This document shows positions 36,495 through 43,862 of a DNA stretch of 64,000 bases, one piece after another. The translations under genes were made by a program, and so were the position numbers. Origin of the DNA: a virus (lineage: Duplodnaviria > Caudoviricetes); the IMG/VR virus record IMGVR_UViG_3300030330_005091, positions 64,001 to 128,000 of that record. One strand, written 5' to 3'. The notes beneath the pieces were generated by a model. The model saw only the letters and a list, made by a program, of their open reading frames with translations. It was not told the origin of the DNA and made no database searches. Within the stretch, counting starts at the first letter, position 1. Every line of letters starts with the position of its first letter.

Positions 36495-36696
36495 GCTCCT
36501 CTCCATTGTGAAGTGTTTCTTCGTGAACCGTAAGCAACTCACCGGTTTGAAGCAAGTGAATCACCCAGCCCTTTTCCGTGGTCGGAACCACATCATCAAC
36601 CTCTTCAATCGCGATTGATTCGCCTTCAACATCACATTGTTCTAGCAATACTGCGGGGCCTTGGTCGAGCCACGCCTTTACTTGTCCTGCTCTCAT
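36487..36696 (-). CDS. hypothetical small beta protein
   Basis: AGGAGAG SD. Confidence 0.6.
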   Translation of the reverse strand: MRAGQVKAWLDQGPAVLLEQCDVEGESIAIEEVDDVVPTTEKGWVIHLLQTGELLTVHEETLHNGEEHV

Positions 36697-36717
36697 TGTT
36701 TTTTACTCTCCTTAAAA

Positions 36718-36804
36718 TGGTGCTTGAGGCGGGAATCGAACCCGCACGCCCAGATGGGCGACAGATTTTAAGTCTGTTGTGTCTACCTATTCCACCACTC
36801 AAGC
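36718..36804 (-). tRNA. tRNA-Leu(UAA)
   Basis: long variable arm, ACAGA-CT-TAA-AA-TCTGT, ACCA. Confidence 0.92.
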
Positions 36805-36812
36805 ATATACAT

Positions 36813-36876
36813 ATTCTATCCGATGTGATGTTGCTTGTCAACAACTTTCTTTATGTTTTTTGTGAGCGAAATGTCA
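36813..36876 (-). promoter_or_regulatory. TGACA-box promoter cassette of tRNA operon (N19 variant)
   Basis: TGACA-N6-TCACA-N19-TTGACA-N17-TAGAAT. Confidence 0.75.
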
Positions 36877-37134
36877 AGACACTTTGCAAACCTCATCCTC
36901 TGAAAAAAAGCGCCTGACTCCATCTGTGCAATGCACAACGTAGAGAATGTCAAAGTCATCTTCATAGCCGTCCCAACAAGCATAATCAATATCAACAACG
37001 ATACCAAAGTGCTCATCCTCTAAATCCTTGTCGTCATTGTGCCAAGCATAGTAATAGTGATAGTTGTAATAAACATGAATACACCGCACAAAGTCGCCCA
37101 CGCGGTAGCGGGGATGTATCTGAAAATCGTCCAC
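36874..37134 (-). CDS. small SH3/KOW-like (VGDFV) protein
   Basis: YRVGDFV...FGIVV...LYVV. Confidence 0.7.
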   Translation of the reverse strand: MDDFQIHPRYRVGDFVRCIHVYYNYHYYYAWHNDDKDLEDEHFGIVVDIDYACWDGYEDDFDILYVVHCTDGVRRFFSEDEVCKVS

Positions 37135-37146
37135 ATAATAACTATA

Positions 37147-37524
37147 TCACTTTACCTTTCGCAACCAATCAATCGGACACCATTCTTCGATTTCTTTAGT
37201 TTGATTAGTCTCATACATTGAAGGCTGTTCAAACCATCGCACTCTTACAAACTCTTTTTTGGGTTTCTTCGCCCAACTTGCATTGTAAATCATGCATGTG
37301 GTAATCAAATCAGGGTGCTTTGCGTGCTCTCTGAGTTTTCTGCGATATGCGGCACGCGCATCATACTTACTACCAAACGCATCAAGAGCTTCCATAAACT
37401 CGTCAAACGTCACACCTGCTTCTGCTCTCTCAATGAGATCTCCCGCGTGCTCCAGCACGATACCCATTCCTTTATTCTTGCGGCGATACATGCAAACAAG
37501 ATCGCCAACTTTAACTTTAGCCAT
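37147..37524 (-). CDS. SH3/KOW-like (VGDLV) protein with helical insertion
   Basis: MAKVKVGDLV..GMGIVL...VRVRW...WLRKV. Confidence 0.75.
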   Translation of the reverse strand: MAKVKVGDLVCMYRRKNKGMGIVLEHAGDLIERAEAGVTFDEFMEALDAFGSKYDARAAYRRKLREHAKHPDLITTCMIYNASWAKKPKKEFVRVRWFEQPSMYETNQTKEIEEWCPIDWLRKVK

Positions 37525-37542
37525 ACTTTCTCCTACACCACT

Positions 37543-37595
37543 AATATAGCACACTCACAGTGTTATGCAAGCAATTAGTTGTCAAGGAAATGTCA
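37543..37595 (-). promoter_or_regulatory. TGACA-box promoter cassette
   Basis: TGACA-N6-TGACA-N9-TTGCAT-N16-TATATT. Confidence 0.8.
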
Positions 37596-37889
37596 GTAGT
37601 CGGAGCGCTCTGGTGCTTCGAGAATAGCATCAATATATCCAGGCGGCACTTTTGTAACCACATAGCGCCAGCCGTGCCACTTAGAGTGCTTGAATGCATC
37701 TTGTTGCAATCCTGTAAGTGGTTGGGACGGTTGTTCGACTTCAAGATAAACATTCAGGACCGTGCCACCGTCATCACTATCAAACTTGACACAAAATCGA
37801 CCGTCAAAAATACCAACAACATATTGACTGACTTTTTTGATGGTGGTCTGTTTATCTAATTTTTCACCACTAAAATGTCTACTTGCCAT
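37593..37889 (-). CDS. hypothetical protein
   Basis: ORF; stop in cassette box. Confidence 0.65.
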   Translation of the reverse strand: MASRHFSGEKLDKQTTIKKVSQYVVGIFDGRFCVKFDSDDGGTVLNVYLEVEQPSQPLTGLQQDAFKHSKWHGWRYVVTKVPPGYIDAILEAPERSDY

Positions 37890-38136
37890 TCTTCACCCCT
37901 CCGGTGCTTAACACTTCAATATTTTCTTCGGCGCCATCAAGAATTATAAGAGTTACAGGGCAACTCTTAACACATGAATTAACAATAATTGCTTCAGGAT
38001 TAATTTCAGACACCTCCATTATAATTCCATAACTATAAATCGGTGTGGATCCCACAAGAAACTCATTGTGTGCTTCATAAACACTATGACCAGTAACCCA
38101 TCTAATTAAATCGCCCTTTTTAAATCTGTTGCCCAT
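37879..38136 (-). CDS. small SH3/KOW-like protein
   Basis: FKKGDLIRW...YGII...IEVLS. Confidence 0.65.
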   Translation of the reverse strand: MGNRFKKGDLIRWVTGHSVYEAHNEFLVGSTPIYSYGIIMEVSEINPEAIIVNSCVKSCPVTLIILDGAEENIEVLSTGGVKNGK

Positions 38137-38169
38137 ATAGTAAATATGAGGCTGTGGATGGTAATTTCT

Positions 38170-38400
38170 CTACAAATGTTCTTGCAGTTGTTCATAGCCA
38201 CCAATAATGACATTTTCATGTTCACTACACTGAATAATAATAGGAAATGTCGACCATTTATATTTCTTTTTTATATGATCTCGATAGGTTTTTGAGAAAT
38301 CAGTTTCAATAAAAACATATTCATGATCACGCTCCATTAGATCGGCGCACGCCCTCAAACAAGAGGGGCAGTCAGTGATTCCATATACTTTATAATACAT
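38170..38400 (-). CDS. glutaredoxin
   Basis: CPSC, TFPII, IGGYEQL. Confidence 0.85.
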   Translation of the reverse strand: MYYKVYGITDCPSCLRACADLMERDHEYVFIETDFSKTYRDHIKKKYKWSTFPIIIQCSEHENVIIGGYEQLQEHL

Positions 38401-38402
38401 TT

Positions 38403-38666
38403 TTACTCTTTTAGTTTGGTTTTATATATTTTTACAAACTCTGTGTCGCTTTGATATTTTACTTCATAGTCGCATTTGCCTTTTAGCGTGTTTCTCAACA
38501 ACTTGAGAGAGCACGGCTCGGGTGGACTAATTGAGGTCATATAAACTTTTGAGGCTCCTTTGTTACAGACTCTAAGTGCGTCCCTATGGACTGCTCTCAG
38601 GGATGAGTAAACACCTAAAAAGTTTTCAAACTTATCAAATAAACAATAAATATAAATCTTAGTCAT
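38403..38666 (-). CDS. hypothetical protein
   Basis: ORF in operon. Confidence 0.6.
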   Translation of the reverse strand: MTKIYIYCLFDKFENFLGVYSSLRAVHRDALRVCNKGASKVYMTSISPPEPCSLKLLRNTLKGKCDYEVKYQSDTEFVKIYKTKLKE

Positions 38667-38946
38667 AGTTTTGTTGAGGTTTGTCCAAATCTTCTTCTTG
38701 TTGGAAACTTTCGTAATTTTGTGTTGCGAGGCTTACAACTGATTCTAAAAACTTTACTTTGTCTTCAAGATTTTTTATGTCTGATTCAGTTGCTTCTATT
38801 TTCTTGGCTATATCTAATTCCCTCTCTGCTTCAATAAGTTCTTCAATTGTTTCGGCATATAAATAATTCATATAAACATTTGATGCAAATTTTTCAATTG
38901 CTATTTTATTCTCAGCAAACAAGCCAACGAGCAAACCCTTATACAT
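38659..38946 (-). CDS. coiled-coil hypothetical protein
   Basis: ORF in operon. Confidence 0.6.
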   Translation of the reverse strand: MYKGLLVGLFAENKIAIEKFASNVYMNYLYAETIEELIEAERELDIAKKIEATESDIKNLEDKVKFLESVVSLATQNYESFQQEEDLDKPQQNYD

Positions 38947-38948
38947 AG

Positions 38949-39134
38949 TTAATTGTCCTCGTTGGTAGGTGGAGTATTGTGCGTGGTTTCGTAAATGCTA
39001 GAAAGGATGCTAGTCAAAAACTCTCTCTGTATTTTGCAATCCAAGATTTCTTTTCTTAGTTTGGTTTCTCTCTCATCGACTATCGACATTTGAATATTAC
39101 AAAAATTAATAATTTGTTGTTTTAAATCTTCCAC
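38949..39134 (-). CDS. hypothetical protein
   Basis: ORF in operon. Confidence 0.5.
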   Translation of the reverse strand: MEDLKQQIINFCNIQMSIVDERETKLRKEILDCKIQREFLTSILSSIYETTHNTPPTNEDN

Positions 39135-39144
39135 GTTACTTCCA

Positions 39145-39387
39145 TTATTTGAATGATGAGCACCCTTTACAGTTTGTGTGCTTTCTAGAATTATGTTCTT
39201 TAGCAGTTAGCCTTATCTTTTTAAAATGAGAAACCTTATCTTCCAGTAGTTGTCCCTTAGATAAACACCTTATCATGTCTTTCTCCCAATTAAACGCACC
39301 ACAAAGCACTATTTCCATAGTGGGCTCATATAATAGATACTCGCCTGGGTAAATTTTAGATTTTTCATTTATTTCGTCAAACTTCAT
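39145..39387 (-). CDS. hypothetical protein
   Basis: ATGA-coupled; IYPGEYL, C-terminal CKGC. Confidence 0.6.
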   Translation of the reverse strand: MKFDEINEKSKIYPGEYLLYEPTMEIVLCGAFNWEKDMIRCLSKGQLLEDKVSHFKKIRLTAKEHNSRKHTNCKGCSSFK

Positions 39388-40310
39388 TTAACACTCATTA
39401 GCCTATCATATGCATCATACTTCATATCGTTTAATTTTTGTAGTGCTTCTTCTCTTCTTAAAATTTTAAACGCTATATTTTCAGGAGAAAATTCTTGTGC
39501 TGGACTATCCAGGCCTGCTCTCCGCATGCGTCTAATTTTATCTTTCAGTCTTTCAACACTCTTTAATACTGATTCGTATTTTCCACTGTCAAGAACATGC
39601 TGAAGCAGATTGATTTGTGTTTCTATGTCGTCGCTCTTTTTTCTAGCACAACTCATACTAAAATTAACAGCCGTTGAATCTGGTTCAACTACCCAAGATG
39701 CGTTGGTGATAGAATAAATGCCCGAAGACTTGTGGACATCTCCGACATTTTCCACATATATCTCAACCTCATAGCCGTATATCTTGATATTGTGGGTATC
39801 GTTCCATTTCATTCTAACTGCATCAAAAAATGATTTTACTAGTTCAGTATCCTCATCAATTTTATCAAAGTCTACAACAATGTGAAGGTCTACGTCAGAG
39901 TATTTTGACCAGTTGTAATTGGCAAGCGAGCCAGTGAATCTAATGTCTTCTATTTCAACTTCAATCTCAAGATTATCGATAAAATCATTTGCAATCTTAG
40001 TTAATCGACGTGATATGTTAGGATATAATCTATCGTGCAGCCAAAACTGTGGTTCTAGTTCGTCATTTTTTTCAAAGCTGTCTGCTCCAACCTCTTCCTC
40101 AAAACGAAGTCGGCTAGTTCCAGCTCTCTTTGTTTTTTTATTGTATGGTGCACCACTGGACAAGTTTTTGTGCCCAGCAATTGTTGAATATATATCATTC
40201 TTGCGACGTTGTTTTTTATATCGTTTCTGAGCCTTACTTTTGAAGGGGGTAGGCTCTCTTCTTTTTCGTTTTTTACGACCTTCGTTGATCAATGTTTGCC
40301 ATTTGTCCAT
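39384..40310 (-). CDS. Pol-beta-superfamily nucleotidyltransferase
   Basis: TGSLANYNWSKYSDVDLHI, VEIYV; MDKWQTLINE leader. Confidence 0.85.
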   Translation of the reverse strand: MDKWQTLINEGRKKRKRREPTPFKSKAQKRYKKQRRKNDIYSTIAGHKNLSSGAPYNKKTKRAGTSRLRFEEEVGADSFEKNDELEPQFWLHDRLYPNISRRLTKIANDFIDNLEIEVEIEDIRFTGSLANYNWSKYSDVDLHIVVDFDKIDEDTELVKSFFDAVRMKWNDTHNIKIYGYEVEIYVENVGDVHKSSGIYSITNASWVVEPDSTAVNFSMSCARKKSDDIETQINLLQHVLDSGKYESVLKSVERLKDKIRRMRRAGLDSPAQEFSPENIAFKILRREEALQKLNDMKYDAYDRLMSVK

Positions 40311-40327
40311 GTTATAAATAGTCCCCA

Positions 40328-41806
40328 TTATGTAATATCATATTCCCACACACATGTAACATTTACATTCCCGTGTGGGCCCGTGGGATCAACACTGACA
40401 CCGATAACATCACCAGCCGCAAAGTGATTTGCATTTGCAAAGTTAAAAGTATATGAAATGTTTGCATTACTTACATTAACTGTTACAGTTTCCTCGGCTG
40501 TTGAATTGACCACGGTGCTACCATCTGTCCCAATGTGCACACCAACAATAGTATTGCCCATAGTTGGATTGGCCTTGCTAGAACGGATTAAGACCTTTAA
40601 TAATCTACCATTGTAAGGAGCAACACCTTGAGTGATCCAACTAGGGCTATTTTGCTCAGATGTTCCAGCCCACGGGATATACTCCTTGCCAGTTCCCGAG
40701 CCATCATTATATCGATGGTGTGTCATGTGCATCATTTTACCTGTGATAGTTCCATCGACGGAGAGATTGGTGCCATTTAATAATTGCAGCGAGTCTGATC
40801 TGAGTCGAGCGGTAACTGTTTGTGAACCATTCTTTATATTGGAAAACTCTATGATGCCATCTTCGCTGTTATTAGAGGCGTCAGATATTTTTCCAGTTAT
40901 CTTCGCATAAGTTACTACGCCATTTCCATCATCCTTACCAACAAACTTTAGTTGACCTAAGTAATCTGAGTCTGCGGGTGATGCACTCAGCCTTGTCAAC
41001 TCAAATACTGGGCCGGCGGTTGAGCTATCGTCTGTCGTTTGTATTTTTAAAATTGAGTCTGTGCTGTTACTTCCTACAGTAAGAGTAGTGTCGTCCCAAG
41101 TTAAATTTGAGCTTGCGCCAAAGTTTGCTCCGCCGTCATTAAATTGTATTTGTGTGTCTGCTCCTGCGGGCGAGCCACCGCCACCGCCACTGATACCAGT
41201 CAGGTTTGAGCCATCACCATAGAAAGCAGATGCTGAAATATTTACCGAGGCCGATATATCTCCGGCGACTGATAGTGTGTGATCGGGGGAGTCCGTGTTA
41301 ATACCGATCCTATCAGCCCCGCCGCTGACAAACAACATGTGAGTGTTATTTTCAGATTCCACTCTGAAATCTATCAAAGAGTCGTCGCCGCTAACGCCGT
41401 GCTGTTCGTTGATTACCACTTCTGGGACAGCGCCGTTTAATCTTAAACCTTCTCGGGTTACTCCCTGATCATTTACCTTGAATACAATATGCTTATTTAC
41501 ATACTGCTGATGAAATACTAAGTTATTCGAAGTGTTGATACCAATCTTTGCTCGGTCTGAGCCGGCTTCCTGAAATTGAATGAAGCACTCATCGCCATCT
41601 GCTTGAGCATTAATAGAGAGTAATTCAGAAGGAGAGGTCGTGCCAATGCCGACTGCATCAGCCTGCGCATGCAATATTTGCGAACCACTTGGCCGGAGTG
41701 TTATAGTGTCCTGGCCGAAATCAATATATGTTGGTTCACCTTCGCGATCATCTTCGTAATATACATCGCCGCGGCGAACGCTACCTGTTGAAAACTTATA
41801 ACTCAT
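40328..41806 (-). CDS. fibre-like virion protein, paralog of 6029-8092
   Basis: VGIGTTSP, GDISASVNISASAFYGDGSNL, DTQIQFNDGG. Confidence 0.75.
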   Translation of the reverse strand: MSYKFSTGSVRRGDVYYEDDREGEPTYIDFGQDTITLRPSGSQILHAQADAVGIGTTSPSELLSINAQADGDECFIQFQEAGSDRAKIGINTSNNLVFHQQYVNKHIVFKVNDQGVTREGLRLNGAVPEVVINEQHGVSGDDSLIDFRVESENNTHMLFVSGGADRIGINTDSPDHTLSVAGDISASVNISASAFYGDGSNLTGISGGGGGSPAGADTQIQFNDGGANFGASSNLTWDDTTLTVGSNSTDSILKIQTTDDSSTAGPVFELTRLSASPADSDYLGQLKFVGKDDGNGVVTYAKITGKISDASNNSEDGIIEFSNIKNGSQTVTARLRSDSLQLLNGTNLSVDGTITGKMMHMTHHRYNDGSGTGKEYIPWAGTSEQNSPSWITQGVAPYNGRLLKVLIRSSKANPTMGNTIVGVHIGTDGSTVVNSTAEETVTVNVSNANISYTFNFANANHFAAGDVIGVSVDPTGPHGNVNVTCVWEYDIT

Positions 41807-41829
41807 TATCAATCTCCATATTACATAGT

Positions 41830-42426
41830 TTATGAGTTGCCATCGAACCCATCAGAAAATCTCGTGTCGTGAAAATAATATCCCGTGCCATCTGTTTGCC
41901 AGGAACCGCCATCGCGCCTGAATTGTAGTCTTAACGAGCCACCGCCGGGGTCATTGCCTCCCACCAAAGCAATTGCATAATAAAGATCGGTGCCATCACC
42001 AGCAGACTTTGATAATGTAAGATTGGCACTCGTAACTTCTACATTTGTGTGAAAACCACCATTTTTAACTATTGCGTTGTTTACATTCAAACTAATTGTT
42101 GAACCTGTTGCATCGTTATCGATCCACAACCATGAACCATCATTAGATCGAACCCTAAACTGCCACGAATTTGATGTTTGATCAGGCTTAAAATAGCCTC
42201 GATAAACAAAAGTGGTTTTTGAGCCAGTAATGGAGCGACTTATGCTAGTGTCTGCACCTGAAATGCCGGTGGTCCAGGCAGACGATGAAAGGCCATAAGG
42301 GTTTGGTGAAGCATCACCATATGGGGCACCGGGGACACTCTCAAGATAAATATCATATTGTCTATACTTTAAGCCTGCCCCGTCTGCTTGACGAGGCATA
42401 AACGGATTTCTAAATTTGTAAGTCAT
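41830..42426 (-). CDS. PA14-domain (carbohydrate-binding) virion protein
   Basis: YRGYF.P....WQF...SNDGS.LWI...NGG.H. Confidence 0.7.
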   Translation of the reverse strand: MTYKFRNPFMPRQADGAGLKYRQYDIYLESVPGAPYGDASPNPYGLSSSAWTTGISGADTSISRSITGSKTTFVYRGYFKPDQTSNSWQFRVRSNDGSWLWIDNDATGSTISLNVNNAIVKNGGFHTNVEVTSANLTLSKSAGDGTDLYYAIALVGGNDPGGGSLRLQFRRDGGSWQTDGTGYYFHDTRFSDGFDGNS

Positions 42427-42429
42427 GAA

Positions 42430-42765
42430 TTACCCTCCGTCATAAATAGTTTGCTCGCCATCTTCAAACGTAATAATTGTCTTATTTGTTGGGTGTGGTT
42501 TTATATGGATTTTTAGGAAATCATCAAATGCATCAAAAAATGCAATAGAACCACGTGGGGCCGGCGTTAACCAGTGGATAACAGTATGGCCGGTGGCAAA
42601 AGTAACACCTTCAATTACTACTCCTTCACCCGACACACCTGATTCATCGTGCTGCCGACACACAGTAAAAGTTCTGATTCCTTGGGGCGCTCGATTACTG
42701 GGTTTTTTTGGTTTTAGATCCTCAAGATCGGTGGTTGTGTCCACCATCTCAGCAATTTCGCTCAT
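42430..42765 (-). CDS. conserved phage hypothetical protein
   Basis: R..DESGVSG.GVV.EG..F..G....W motif. Confidence 0.75.
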   Translation of the reverse strand: MSEIAEMVDTTTDLEDLKPKKPSNRAPQGIRTFTVCRQHDESGVSGEGVVIEGVTFATGHTVIHWLTPAPRGSIAFFDAFDDFLKIHIKPHPTNKTIITFEDGEQTIYDGG

Positions 42766-43007
42766 TATGCGTCCCCTTCAGGCTCTCTATCGAGTAGGGT
42801 ATCTAAGCATATTTGTTCAATTGATTCTAAAAGTGCAGTCTCTGATTCTAATAAGTCAGGACAAAATTCCTCATCGGGATCTAGTTGTGCAGAAAATTTT
42901 TGTTTTAATTCGGAAACACCTTGTGACATTTTGTTTATCTGATCTTCTATTCTGCTTAATTTAAACAAAATGCCTCTGTAACATTCTTGCTTTTTATCTG
43001 TGGGCAT
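42765..43007 (-). CDS. hypothetical protein
   Basis: ORF in operon. Confidence 0.6.
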   Translation of the reverse strand: MPTDKKQECYRGILFKLSRIEDQINKMSQGVSELKQKFSAQLDPDEEFCPDLLESETALLESIEQICLDTLLDREPEGDA

Positions 43008-43010
43008 GTT

Positions 43011-43847
43011 TTAATCCTCGCTATTTGTTTCGTTATAATTAGCTGTGTCTTCTGCTTCCGGCACAATCTGGGGGGCTGCGAAAACTGATGTCCAATTTAT
43101 TCTATAGGCCGGCACAACTAAAACTACGTTTTCTAATATCGTAGGGCCCTCGAAACCAGGACCCACATCAATGGCTAATACATACCCAATGTAATCGCCC
43201 TTTTGAGAAAAAACACCAGAACCTGAAGAGCCAGACCACGCATATGAGTTTATATAGATATAGTCATCTGGGCTATATCCCATCACTTTACCATCTATTG
43301 TTAGTGGACCTAGACTATTAGGGAACCCTGTGTAGTATGTTTTTGACATTATTGCCAAGGCATCGATCCAATCACGTTTTGTATTGGCAACACCGCTCGG
43401 GATCCTGATCGGTCGCCTATGATCAATTCTATTGATTTGTATCAATGCGTAGTCAACTTCATCGTTTCTCTCAATGAAACTTATGCAGTCATACATCTGA
43501 CTGTCAGCCATTACTTTCGTTGATGCACAGTCACCAACAATGCCATGATTTGTGGTTATAATAAAATAATTGTTTTTCAACCTTACGTAAGTGCCACTGG
43601 ATGAAGCTAAGCCACCTGAGTCAGCTGAGTATGACATGACCCTTACCGCACTTTGGCGAGATCTTTCTATAATTCTCTTCTGGTTGCTGATTAGAAAATG
43701 TTTTGAATTATTGTCCTTGCTAGTTAGTTCTTCATGTGTGGGAGCGGAATACATCTTTGTTATTTGGTGGGTTGTCGTTGTACCCAAAAACAAACCTACG
43801 GCTGCCATGAATAATATTCTTAGTAATAGTTTTATTTTATTAGCCAT
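43011..43847 (-). CDS. trypsin-like serine protease, membrane-anchored/secreted
   Basis: ITTNHG, DYALI, GSSGSG. Confidence 0.85.
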   Translation of the reverse strand: MANKIKLLLRILFMAAVGLFLGTTTTHQITKMYSAPTHEELTSKDNNSKHFLISNQKRIIERSRQSAVRVMSYSADSGGLASSSGTYVRLKNNYFIITTNHGIVGDCASTKVMADSQMYDCISFIERNDEVDYALIQINRIDHRRPIRIPSGVANTKRDWIDALAIMSKTYYTGFPNSLGPLTIDGKVMGYSPDDYIYINSYAWSGSSGSGVFSQKGDYIGYVLAIDVGPGFEGPTILENVVLVVPAYRINWTSVFAAPQIVPEAEDTANYNETNSED

Positions 43848-43862
43848 ATAGTATGTATTTCG

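Noticed and set aside
36615-36917. ORFs overlapping tRNA-Leu (and 36179-36409 over tRNA-Lys)
   Set aside because: Spurious translations of tRNA and promoter sequence
19867-37595. Integron attC sites or IS ends as explanation of the cassettes
   Set aside because: No RYYYAAC/GTTRRRY palindromic structure, no integrase or transposase in window; the motif has promoter geometry
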